Source of the DNA: the human T2T-CHM13v2.0 reference genome, Homo sapiens
Assembly: GCF_009914755.1 (NCBI RefSeq)
Contig: NC_060932.1
DNA length: 64,000 nucleotides
Reading direction: 5' to 3' (one strand)
Shown: one piece after another, positions 1 to 11,909 of the stretch
How positions within the stretch are numbered: the stretch's first letter is position 1
Layout: each line of letters opens with the position of its first letter
Program-made: the position numbers and the translations under genes
The notes under the pieces: generated by a model
Told to the model about the DNA's origin: nothing
Seen by the model: only the letters and a program-made list of their open reading frames with translations
The model's database searches: none

Positions 1-1299
1 TGGCCCAATGTAAAAGAGGCTTGAAGTGTCATGTCCGGGTCAAGAAAGTTGTCAAAGATTTTCCACCTTTATTCAGTGTCACAGACCATCCCAGATTTCC
101 CAAGAAGGTGATGGCACACGTGTTTGTTGGCTACTGTTACACTACTGTGACTGTGAGAAGATTCTTCCTTATAACGAACTGAAGTCCTTCAAGCTGGCAT
201 TAACTCTTCCTGTTGTGGCAAGAGTTGAGAAAAATGAAACAGAGAGGACCTGCACAGAACACAGTGACACAGAACACACTGACAAAAGGCAGCCCACACG
301 ACACCTGATAGCAAGAAGAAAAATAATGAGCAGTGTGAGCAAGCCGCTCCAGCAGCGCCCACCAAGCCTCCGGGAAGGCACCCACTCTGTCAGAGGTGTG
401 TCTGGTGAGGAATGGAGGGACGAAAAGAAAATGTGAGCCCATCCACAAAGCACAGGAGGATCTCTCCACAAGGGCAGTGAAGCTCTAGAAATGATAGTCG
501 TGAGGCTGCTACACTTGGAAGCCTCTGAAAGGTACACAGCACAACAGAACAAAACAGTTCAAGAAATGCCAGTCTGCTCAGTCAAGGGGCTCACTGCCAA
601 GGGGGAAACAGACAAGCATTGTCCCAAACCCAGAGAAGCCATAAAACTCCCAGAAATTATAATGTTCTTATAGTAGTTGTTCCTATACAAAAACTAAAAA
701 GCTATCACAGGACACAGTAAAAGAAAACATAGCAAGACAAAGCAAAAATGATAAAAATAGATGGGATTTGACTTCATCTAGCAGCCTCTTGAATTATATT
801 ATCAGCTTCTTGGAAAGGGGGGCCCAAGGGTCAAAAGTCAACTTCCATTGGTATTGCTTACTTATTGCAGGGTGTCTGTCTGACTTTGGGTGTAAATGTT
901 TAAATTCTTTGGCAAATGTGATGAGATTATCTCTTTAATGAGATTATTAGAAGTCAAATAACGTATGGGGAAATCCTGCAAATGAGATATCCCTATATAC
1001 ATGTATATAAGATACTAGTGTAGGTGGCTGTGATACTAATGATAGTAGTAAGGTTGATAATGATAGTGATAATGGTAGTAGCGGTAATGGTAGCTATAAA
1101 AGCCCCAATTTAAGAATACTATCCAGATACTGTTTGATCCCAAATACGGTCCTTACGTGACTCCCAAGGTACAGTCAACCTCTATGCTGTGGAAGACATG
1201 GATTACTGACTCCCAGTAAGGTCTCCTGCTCACCTTTTACCCAGCAGAGGAGAGAAATGGAGGGCAGTTACACAGCATTAGGCAGCTCTCATTTCTTAC

Positions 1300-1450
1300 C
1301 CAGTCGTTCATTCTCCTGGACCTCAAATACGGTTACTGGTGACGGACATGTAGGTGGATTATCATTAATATCTTTAACTTTTACATGAATTTCCAGCGGA
1401 TATGAAAGTGGTTTTCCGTACTCATCCTTTGCAACTGCATAAAAAACATA
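1300..1450 (-). CDS. CDH17: CDH17 exon 9 (151 nt; YVFYAVAKDEYGKPLSYPLEIHVKVKDINDNPPTCPSPVTVFEVQENERL-G), end of EC3 and start of EC4
   Basis: Acceptor cctgttgtag|TAT at 1451-1452 and donor CTGG|GTAAG at 1298-1299. Contains the cadherin DINDN Ca2+ motif and continues the exon 8 frame. Missed by the ORF track. Confidence 0.97.
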
Positions 1451-1756
1451 CTACAACAGGAAAGTCAGAGTTAAGTCAAGACTCACCCACCACCCTCTGT
1501 CAAAAGCAGAGAAAATCGTTGTTTCATTTCTATGTCATTTACTCCCTTATTTTTAATTCACTTAGAATTGGAAAATTTTAAAAACTGAGATGGGTCAGAA
1601 TTATGTGAAAATTATCATGTCTTTGAAAACCAATAATATGCTGGAGTCTGAAATGTGTGTTTTTTTTTTCTTTAAAGTAAAATCCATTTTGCTCTCAACT
1701 GTAGATGGGCATAGGACTTTGTCTTGTCGCCTGTGAAACTCTTCTCTTTTACTCAC

Positions 1757-1888
1757 TGCATCCTTTTCTTCTCGGTCCAAGGGCTGAGTCACGTAAATAT
1801 CTCCTTCCTGGTCAATTGAAAATGGGAATCTTGGCAGCTTCTCTTTGTCAACTAAGGAATATTGTGCACCGGGATCATTCCACCGCAC
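1757..1888 (-). CDS. CDH17: CDH17 exon 8 (132 nt; VRWNDPGAQYSLVDKEKLPRFPFSIDQEGDIYVTQPLDREEKDA)
   Basis: Matches ORF 1601..1888. Acceptor tgtag|GTG, donor GCA|GTGAGT, LDRE motif. Confidence 0.97.
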
Positions 1889-2855
1889 CTACAGGGCCCA
1901 AAGTCAGTTGTGAGGAAAGCTGTATTTGGACTGAGAGAACTGGAAAGGAAATAATTTTCTAGTTCTCAATTTGAAATCTCTGACAACCTTGTATGTTTGT
2001 GGTTTCTTGTAACAACTGAATTACGTTTTTCACTTTTAACCTAAAATAAGCCTGTTTCCCCCCACCAAGTTATATTGCTCGAAAAAAGCACACCAGGAAA
2101 TGTTTCTTCTCTAAAGCAATTCTTCACAAACCCTCTACAGGGTTTCTGGGCTGCTTTCTTTTGGGAGTCTGACTGTGAAAGCTTTCTATCCACGAACCAT
2201 CCATTTAAGAAACAAAATGTACTTTGTGGCTGGCAGTGTCTGAGGACTAAGCCACAATGTACGGTGAGCATCTAATACTCACCAATGAAGATGAACAGGG
2301 GCAATAGGGGCCACTCTGAAGTCTTCTCCATGCCATTAAGTAAGACAAATGATACAAAAATAAGGACATTCCTTTCCTAAATATTTAGCCTGAGAGACTT
2401 CAGGGATGAGAATAACTGCCAACTCCTAGGGTTGTTTGTAAACAACCTGGCAAAAATAAAAAATAAACACAAGTAAGACCAGTCTACTTGCTATATAGAC
2501 AGAGCCTGGTCTGATATATTAATAATGTTTACTGAGTTTGCCACATGCCAGACACAATTCTAAACATATTTATGTGTTATATCTCATTTAATCTCCAAAC
2601 AGTCCTCTGACGTACAGACTACTGTTATCTCTATTTTATAATGAAGAAACTAGGGCACAAAAAATTTAAGCGACTTGCCCAAGGTCCTACTGCTAGTTGA
2701 AATTTCCACAGTAAACTATTCTCAGAGCAGCCTGGGAAGATATCACAGCAGCAACTTTGTCCCTTGCTAATTATTTAAGCATCACCCATTGTCCCTGCAG
2801 ACTACCTTCTTGGTTCTAAAGTGGGCTCCTCTTGTGTTCTAAAAATTCAGTCTGA

Positions 2856-2956
2856 GTTCCTCTTCCCATCTCCCCCTCCCTCCTCCCCCTCCTCCCTCCC
2901 CTTCTCCCGCTCCTCCTTCCCCCTCTCCCCCTCTCTCTTTCTCCCTCTCTCCTTTT
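2856..2956. repeat. Low-complexity CT-rich (polypyrimidine/polypurine) tract
   Basis: About 100 nt of almost pure C/T on the plus strand. Confidence 0.85.
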
Positions 2957-4074
2957 GGGTTTCAGAACACCCAGAGCATTTTTTCCAGACCTGAAAATTG
3001 GGTAGGCACTCTAGAATTTTCCCTTGGCAGCCCCAAGGCAACTAAGCATGAGTTCTTTGCAGCATTTACCAATCCCTTTGGGAGTAACCTGAATAATAGC
3101 TATGAAGACTTTAGTCTAGGCCCCCAATCAGAAATTCTCATGGTAATGAGTGCTGACATGCTTTCTTTCTAACTGGGAAATCAGAATTCTTCCTGCTGTT
3201 CTTCCTTTTTTTCCCCTCCTGAAGTTGAAGTTCATTAATTCAACATTCAATAAATAAATGTCCCTGGGCCCATCCCAATAAATATGATGGAATAGGCCAT
3301 TCCAGGGCCCCTTAACAATAGTAGCATTAAAAAAAAATTAGGGGAACTACAGACTAGTACTTCTTCATAATAATACCTTTTATATCTAATATTTTTATCT
3401 ACTTTTACAGATACTGTCTCAGTTAATCTTCACAAAACACTGAAGTATTATCCCTATTTTATTGATGAGACATTGGGGCTCAGAATAGTTAAATGACTTG
3501 TTTATGATCAGTCATTCAAGTGATGGAACAGGAATATGATTTTGTTCATCTGCTTCCAAATCCAGGGATCTCCCACTAACCCACAGCTTTCATGTGGAGG
3601 AATTTCCTGGGCTTCCAGAAAATATCAAATCTGGGTGGAGTCCAGAGTGAATTTCTAGGAGCTAAGGTAGGAGGGGGCCCAGGGTAAGAGCACATGCCAC
3701 AGAGGTGGGGAAGTAGGAGCATCTGAACGGAGGGGAGAGGCACACACAGGAGATAGAGTGCCAGGGGTGAGGGAGTTTCCAAGGGGAAAGGTTCCCTACT
3801 ATGATCCTTTTACCCCTAGCCAGTCCTATCTCCGTCCCTCAGCCTAAGATGGGCAAGTCTATTGGGTCAAGATTTTTTCCACAATAAGAAGCAGCAGCCT
3901 TTCAAATCTATTTGCAACCCCCAAATCAAACCATGTCCATACATAGTGCACCATAAATGACCCACTGCAGGGCTGCCATATCCCACACTGCTAACAGGGA
4001 ACAACAAACATCACTGCTGTCTACTTTTAAGGTGAGGGTGAGTGAAGTTCTCTCTGAAAGCAAAAGTATATATC

Positions 4075-4483
4075 TGATGTCGTTTGGATGTTTGTCCCCT
4101 CCAAATCTCATGTTGAAACGTAATCCTCAGTATTGGAGGTGAGGCCCAGTGGGAGGTGGGATCATGGGGGCAGATCCCTCGTGAATGGCTGAGCACCACG
4201 CCCTTGGTGGTAAGTGAGTTCTCACTCTGAGTTCACATGAGACCTGGTGCTTAAATGTGTGTGGCACCTCCCACCTAACTCTCTTGCTCCCATTGTCGTC
4301 ATATGATGCTCCTGCTCCCCCTTTGCCTTCTGCCATGATCGTAATTTTCCCAAGGCCCTCAGCAGAAGCAGATGCTGGAGCCACGCTTGAACAGCCTGCA
4401 AAACGATGCACCAATTAAACTTTTCTTTACAAATTCCCCACCTCAGGTATTTCTTTATAGCAATACAAAAACGGCCTAACATA
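4075..4483 (+). mobile_element. ERVL-MaLR solo LTR (MSTB-like)
   Basis: Starts tgatgtcgtttggatgtttgtcccctccaaatctcatgttgaa and ends ...ggcctaacata. 5-bp TSD ATATC at 4070-4074 and 4484-4488. Confidence 0.85.
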
Positions 4484-4683
4484 ATATCTGCATCCAAGTT
4501 GCCTGCCCATGATGCATGGTCAAGTCCAGTGACTCGGGGCCAGAGGCTATATAATTTGCTTTATAATCATGCTATGAAAAAGGTATCTAATAAGTGTATC
4601 AGTGAAGACTGTGAGGGTGGGTCTCTACAAAGTGAAGCCATTTATCTAGTTGGCTCTCAGTGTTACTTGGGCTTGGGTACTAC

Positions 4684-4883
4684 CTGAGTGATTTTGATGG
4701 GGTGAGGATCAGTTGAGTTTTCCACCATCTCCACAGGTTTTGGTGCTTTCCAAATATTCTCTGTCACTATGATATCCACAGATGTGGTATCACTGAAGGA
4801 ATTCTCACTCTGGCCTCCCATGTCCTTCACTGAGATCACCAGATTATAGGAAGGATTCTTAGCAGGATTCAATTCCTGAGATC
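4684..4883 (-). CDS. CDH17: CDH17 exon 7 (200 nt; G-SQELNPAKNPSYNLVISVKDMGGQSENSFSDTTSVDIIVTENIWKAPKPVEMVENSTDPHPIKITQ)
   Basis: Within ORF 4663..5136. Polypyrimidine tract then ctcacag|GA; donor CAG|GTA at 4682-4683. Confidence 0.97.
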
Positions 4884-4988
4884 CTGTGAGAAGTAGGGGA
4901 GAAGGGAATAGGAAGTGTCTCTGGAAGAGACAGACCAAACTCCCTTTTTCTGACCGAGACAGTCCTACCAGGGCACCCCTGAACTTAC

Positions 4989-5147
4989 CCTCTCGGGTAA
5001 GAGAGATGGCTCCCGTTTTGTTGTTGATCTGAAAGTACATAACATTGTTGATCATGGGAAGCTGGATGACAATCTGGTAATAAAGCTGGCCATTGGGAGT
5101 GGCCGGATCATCCAGGTCTGTGGCATTGACATACAAGAAGGGCTTTC
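4989..5147 (-). CDS. CDH17: CDH17 exon 6 (159 nt; G-KPFLYVNATDLDDPATPNGQLYYQIVIQLPMINNVMYFQINNKTGAISLTRE-G)
   Basis: Acceptor aaacag|GA at 5148-5149 and donor GAGG|GTAAGT. Cadherin ATDLDD motif. Confidence 0.97.
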
Positions 5148-5317
5148 CTGTTTAACAAGACGTACCCAGAAAAAAAAAAAAAAAGATATTAATTGAAACC
5201 CAAACCAACCATAGCTACTTTTTCCATCTAAAAAGTGGAGATATAATAGGGAAAGGTATGACAATTCACACCAGTGGGGAAATAAATATTTATCCCACTC
5301 CCCCCTTCCCTAAAATA

Positions 5318-6155
5318 AGGTTTCTCAAGGTCTGGTCCAAGAACCTCTAAGGGTCCCTGAAACTGTTCAAGTGCTCTGTAAAGCTAAAGGTCATGTTTCT
5401 GTAAAAGATCCATTTAAAGTACAAGATAATTTAATGAATTGTAGTGTAAAAGAATGGAAAATATGGTATTAATTTTGATTTCACTTTGCAACTAATCTTT
5501 AAGAAACCACAATTTATTGAGTTTGGGTATAGTACTAAAGAATGTCCAGTTATCTGAAAATACTATTAAAATATTCCTCTCTTGTCCAACTGCATATCTG
5601 TGTGAGGCTAATTTTCCTTCATATATTTCAACCAAACTAGCACATGGCAAGAGAATGAATGTAGAAACAGACATGAGAATCCAAGCATTTTCTATTAATC
5701 CAGACATTAAAGAGATTTGCAAAGATTAACACAATGCCATTTTTCTTACTATTTTTGTCTTTAAAATCAATTATTTTTCATTAAAACATGTTGATTAGTG
5801 TTATTTTAAATGAATTAATAATTTTTTTAAATTTCTAATATAGTAAATGTTGATAGATATAACCAGTGATGTACTAGAGACAGCTCATGAGACTCAGTTG
5901 TTGAATTTTCAGAAATTTTGTGTGTCAATTATTAATACCAATGGTCACTTGAAATAGGCCATGGTAGGAGTATTTGCAACATGGAAACTAGAAAATTCTA
6001 CAAATCAGAGCTTTGTCCCCCTAGAAAAATAGCTGTTAAGCCTTTACCAGGACACCACTGGATATAACCCACGTGTCTAAAAGTTCTCTGGAGTCCTCAG
6101 TAAATTTTAAGAGAATATACAAGTCCTGAAACCAAAAAGTTTGAGAGCCATTTCT
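5318..6155. mobile_element. hAT-Charlie (Charlie1-like) non-autonomous remnant
   Basis: Charlie-type ends and degenerate hAT C-terminal peptide similarity in ORF 5517..5729 (AYLCEANFPSYISTK...VETDMRIQAFSINPDIKEICK). Confidence 0.7.
5864..6060. mobile_element. hAT MITE (MER63-like) nested in the Charlie remnant
   Basis: TIRs cagtgatgt...acaccactg. Perfect 8-bp TSD GATATAAC at 5856-5863 and 6061-6068. Confidence 0.85.
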
Positions 6156-6535
6156 CTAGCAGATTCTATTAGTGAAGAGAGAAAAGGTACGGCCTGGAGC
6201 CTACACATTTAGCAGAGTCTGTGTGAGTCTTTGGTATGCAGCTTCAGGGACAGGGACATCACTCCACATAATAAACTGAAGTGAATTTTTTCCTGGAATT
6301 CTCGGAGGCAGGCATTGAAGAAAGAGAAGGAAGAAGCTTGATGGTGGGATGATGCAAATGGCCCCAAGTCTTGATTAGTATTATTTTAAATGAATATCTT
6401 TAAAATTTCTAATACAGTAAATGTTAATAGATAAACCATATTTCTAAGAACTCTGAAGTCTAATATTCATTTATGTTGTGTGCAACTGTTAGGAGGTGAT
6501 GCTCCTTCCTAGGTGCCTGCTGGACACACTCACGC

Positions 6536-6575
6536 CTTAATGAAGGCCTTAATGAAGGGCTTAATGAAGGGCTTT
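6536..6575. repeat. 12-bp tandem repeat (cttaatgaaggg) x ~3
   Basis: ccttaatgaagg ccttaatgaaggg cttaatgaaggg ctt. Confidence 0.85.
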
Positions 6576-6761
6576 TGTGGAAGTGAAAGGTAGAAGGTCA
6601 ATGCAGCATAGAGAAGGGCTGAGCCACAGATGGGATGTAAGAGAAGAAAAGAGCTGGAAACCACCAGTGACAATATCAATGGAGGTTCCTAAGAAGATAC
6701 AGGGGAGTAAGCTTACCTTTCTAGAGTGTTCTAGAGCTCTGAGGTATCTTAGAGATCACCC

Positions 6762-7265
6762 TAGAAAAGCGTTTTTCAACTGGGGGTAATTTTTGAGACA
6801 GAATCTCACTCTGTTGCCCAGACCGAGTGCAATAGTGTGATCACAACTTACTGCAGCCTCAATCTCCTGGGACCAAGTGATTGTGCCACCTCAGCCTCCC
6901 AAGTAGCTAGGACTACAGGCATGCACCACCACACCTGGCAAACTATTATTTTTTGTAGAGACAGGATCTCACTTTGTTGCCCAGGCTGGTCTCAAACTCC
7001 CAGGCTGTTCTCAAACTCCTGGCTGAAGTGATCCTCCCACCTCAGCCTCCCAAAGTACTGGGATTTTGTGCCCTCCACCCACCAGAGGATATTTGGCAAT
7101 GCCTGGAGACATTTTTATTGCCACAACTTGGCAGGGGGGCACATAGTGGATAGAGGTCAGGGGGATGCTGCCAATCATCCTACAAGGCACAGAATAGCCT
7201 CTGACCAAAAAAAGAATTATCAGACCCAAGATGTCAATACATAGTGCTGCATTGAGAGACCATGC
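6762..7265. mobile_element. MER20-like hAT MITE split by an Alu
   Basis: tttttcaactgggggtaatttt ... atttggcaatgcctggagacattttt ... attgagagaccatg. Confidence 0.7.
6790..7065 (-). mobile_element. Alu (AluJ-like)
   Basis: Antisense Alu consensus. Confidence 0.9.
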
Positions 7266-7427
7266 TCTGGAGCAATAGAGATAGTGAAACAACTCCCAAA
7301 TCAGTGTGAAATGTAGGTAAGATAGTGCTTATTGAGTGACAGCTGCAGCTATTAGCCACACAAGTCTGCCCCTTCCACCTGACACCCTTCCATCTTTCCA
7401 TAAATATCTCTGGCCCCTGCCTGTTAC

Positions 7428-7566
7428 CTGGGCGAGAGTTCTGCCTTACTGAGCCTTCGTACTTTGACTGGAGAAACGTGGGTCGATTGTCGTTGATGTC
7501 CTTCACTTCTATGGTGATAGGGACTGGACCCTCCACTATAATTCCATTAGCGTCCAGGGCTGCAAC
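7428..7566 (-). CDS. CDH17: CDH17 exon 5 (139 nt; VAALDANGIIVEGPVPITIEVKDINDNRPTFLQSKYEGSVRQNSRP-G)
   Basis: ORF 7234..7536. Acceptor tcag|GTT, donor CCAG|GTAAC, DINDN motif. Confidence 0.97.
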
Positions 7567-8473
7567 CTGATGTTGAGGAAAAGGAAACCATGTTGGTGAG
7601 ACTGAACTTCATGTCACATGCCCAAAAATCACTTGAAGGAAATTAGAACTCAAAGAACCAATGGCCTGGTGACTGTAGGAGAGAAAGAACTCACAAAAGG
7701 CCAAATTGGGAAATGCTAAAACAGGGATTGTATCAGTTAAGCCTGGCTAATCATGATGGTGACTTTCTATCAGCAGGGTGTTCTGGACACTGAACATGCA
7801 TCTGTTCTGGATGGCTGAAGTCCATGAAACAAGAGCACTGTGACCCCTGAGAATATGAAAGTGTTGTGTTCTCTTCCAGAGCCATTATGGCGGTCAGCCT
7901 GCAAGGCCTGCAGCAGAAGTACCAGACAGAAAGCTTTTATCTCACTCTTTTTTCCATAGTAGGCTCTCTGACTTTCCTAGGTATTCAGATACCAACGGTG
8001 AAAACTAAAGGAGAAAGAGAGGGAGACGGGTCTTTTTAGTCAGCTCCTGGCTACTGGTTCCCTCTGCTTCTTCCAACGCCCAAAGGAGCTCCATCCCAGC
8101 ACCGATACAGCCTTCTTCATGGGTCCCAAGCCAATGCAACAGCCACAGGCAGATACCATTGAAGTATCAGAGATGTGCTGACTTTTGATCCAAGTACCTA
8201 AGCATGGTCTTACTTGGATAAGTAATGCCATCAGAGGGTCCTGGCAATGTAAGTGGGGTTACGTTGGTTAAAAAGCCTAAGGAAAAGGATATGTTTGCCA
8301 CACCCCTCTGTAGTTGGTAAGAAATGGACATGTGAGGATTGCAAAGCGTCCCATTAATGTAAGGAAAGCTGTAACTGGATTCTGTGCAAGGAAGGAAGGT
8401 GCCAGCCATACTTCCAGAACAAAGGGTGCTCAGAGAGGTTGGAGTTAGATCCCTTCAGCTGGTATCAATTTAC

Positions 8474-8608
8474 CTGGAGATTGTGAGTAGATCTTGTTTC
8501 CCTGTCCAAGGCTCTGTTGTAATACAGAAGTCCCTCCCGTTCTATCACAAATATGTTGTCTGTCTCCCCAGTTAGTTCAAAAGTCACAGCAGGAGGATTG
8601 GCCTTAAA
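8474..8608 (-). CDS. CDH17: CDH17 exon 4 (135 nt; FKANPPAVTFELTGETDNIFVIEREGLLYYNRALDRETRSTHNLQ)
   Basis: ORF 8465..8731. Acceptor ccccag|TTT, donor CAG|GTAAAT, LDRE motif. Confidence 0.97.
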
Positions 8609-11502
8609 CTGGGGAAAAAGCAAAAAACAGATTAAGTTGTAAGGGAAAAAACAATGTTGTGGAATTTGTAGAAAGTCACCAATTTCAGGTAAAATTTTCA
8701 TTGGTTCAATTACTAAATAAGAAATCCTCAACTTTTAAAGTGGTACCTTCTAAAAGTTTGTTTGCACAATAACTGTGTAACATTTAACATACATTTTCCT
8801 CAAGAGACTGTATACTATTATTCAATACATTGACAAAAGTCATTGATGCTTTAAATTATAGCTGGGGTTAAAAGAGACTTTTTGGTAATATCTGAAATCT
8901 ATGACATTACTAGCTTCTAAGAAGCATTAAAAGGGTAGCTTTCTCTCTAGGATAAAATATGTCATTTAGCACTTCTAAAAATTGTGACAAAGATTAATAG
9001 ACACGTTAATGTTAAGGAAAAGAATTTATAAGTGGCTTTAACTTAATGCAAATGCTATATGATAATCTATTACTTTTTCAGAAGTGGAGAAAATACCGAC
9101 CACCATATTCATAGATATGGCTATATCACTTTTAAGACCACAGCAACAGAAAATTCACATAAAACTAAGAAAACATAAAAGCTGTTCAACCTTAAGTTTT
9201 AGTATACTTTTATATATTTTTATTAAATTAAAAGCAATATCAAAGTTAGTATGGATATAAAGAAACATTGTTGATGGAAATATAAATTCCTATAATCCTT
9301 TTGGAAATAACTTGAGGCATAAAATGTTTGTACCCTTTGATAGCAAACATTACTATACATAATTTACCCTAAGGAAATATTTCTTCAAACAAGTACATGC
9401 TTATAGTGAAAGTAACTTTATTTATAATACCAGTAAGATTGAAAACTCCTAAATGGTCAAAAAAAAAGGACAGTGAAATTATTATGGCACATGAACTTGA
9501 CAGAATATTAATCATTAAAATGTTCATTCTACAAATTATGAAGAAACATAAGAAACAATGATGTAAAGTAACAGAAGTAAATTTGAGAGTAAATCTAGAC
9601 TGTTATGGTACCAAAAGAATTCATGTCAGTAGGTAAGAAATGGAATTTAAAATATAAGAAGAGTTGATGTGTTAAATGGGTAAGATTGTAAGTTAAAAAG
9701 TTTTTGTGCATGTTTGCTTGTTGATATTATATTGTTTATATAATAAATGAACATGTTGCTATTTTGTGTTTTCAGAAAAAGACCTGGACATCAGTGAGAA
9801 AGGTGGAGTAAGGGCCTACAGAAAACTGCTCCTCCATAAAAGCAATGAGAACACTGGCAAAAATTGTAAATATCATCTTTTTAAGAATATGGGAAATTAA
9901 CCAGATGCTTGCAAAATCCAAGGAATGTTTATTAAAAAAAAAAAAAAAAAAACTAAGGTTTGTGGTGTTTTAATGCACCCTAATCCCATGGTCCTTTCCT
10001 AAGATCTGAAGTAGCCTTGAAAGCAACAGCCTCACACCACAGTACCATGGAGAGGGTGAGAAGCGTTTGTAGCTTCCCAAAAGCTCCATCACCAGAGAAC
10101 TATCATTATCTATCCTGTTGGCATTTCCCTGGGAACATCTACTTACAACACTTATCTTCATTTGACCGGACTCAGAATTCATACACCACACACAATTTTT
10201 CCCCTGGGGCATTTGTTGAAAACAACCATTAGCAATTGTTCAACATTGCAGCTGCCTGAGGCTGTGATAACAGTTGAAGCAAAGAAGCAGCTGACCAAAA
10301 CACTTAAAAGGGAAAGCTGGGAAATGAGATGTCCATAAGGGGCTTTGAAAATCTCTAATATATTCCTGGCAATCTACAAGGCCACTATCATGAGCAGGGC
10401 TGTGTGCATGCCTGGGAAAGACCTGAGAAGGCCCTAATCCCTCACCTCTGGCTGACTTGGAGGCTCTGCATAAGCAGAAAGTGAAGGCGAAGGCAGAGTT
10501 GTAAACTGCCTGCCACATAGTTGAAGGTTGTGTCCCAACATGCACACAGTGCCCCTTGGTAAACACCAGGAGACTTACTGGCTTAAGGCATTTAAGGAAA
10601 TCTCTATCTAGTCATTAGCTGAACACTAAGCTGACTGAGCAGACTTCAGTGGCCAGACATGACAAAGAATACAGACTTTACAGAATTCATTATGGAAAGT
10701 CACTAAGCAAACAAACAGCATCAACAACCAACTCCAGGAAAAGAAAGATATATGATTTCTAGAGTTGCCACATCACATTATTTAAAATGTTTGGTTTTCA
10801 ACAAATTATGAAATGTACAAAAATATTAAAAAGTCAATAGAAACTGTCCCTGAGGAAGCCCAGATGTTGGATTTACTAAAGATTTTTAAAAATCTATTTT
10901 AGATAGATTCAAAAACTAAAGGAAATCATCTCTAAAGAATTAAAGTTTGAAAACAATGCCTCATCAGATATAGAATATTGATTAAAAATAGAAATTTTTA
11001 AAATAGAAATTCTACAGTTGACAAGGATGATAACTGAAAGGAAAAATTCATAAGAGGGTGTTCAAAAGCAGATTTGAGCTAGCAAAAGAAAGAATTTGTG
11101 AACTTGAAAATAGATTAATAGAGATTACTGAAAGAAAAAAAATGAACAAAAATGAATAGATTCCCAGAGACCAGTGAAACACCATCAAGCAGAAAAACAC
11201 ATACATAATAAAAGTTCCAGAAGGAAAGGAAAAAGGGGGAAAAAAGATTATTTGAAGACAGAATGACCCAAAACTTCACAAATTTAAGAAAAACATGAAT
11301 CTATATATCCAACAATCACTATGAACTCCAAATAGAATAAACTCAAAGAAATCCAAATTTAGTCACATCATAAACATTTGAAAGATAGAGAATCTTAAAA
11401 GTGCATAGACTCATCACATGTAAAGGATCCTCAATAAAATTAACAGCTAATTTTCCATGGAGATCAGAAGGCAGTGGAATGACACATTCAAAGTGCTAAA
11501 AG

Positions 11503-11909
<407 letters not shown>

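Noticed and set aside
26-673. Overlapping ORFs of 60-136 aa at the left edge
   Set aside because: They lie in CDH17 intron 9, show no cadherin or other domain motifs and have no supporting splice structure.
2856-2956. CT-rich tract as an H-DNA or G-quadruplex element
   Set aside because: Structurally possible but a common low-complexity class, with nothing tying it to function.
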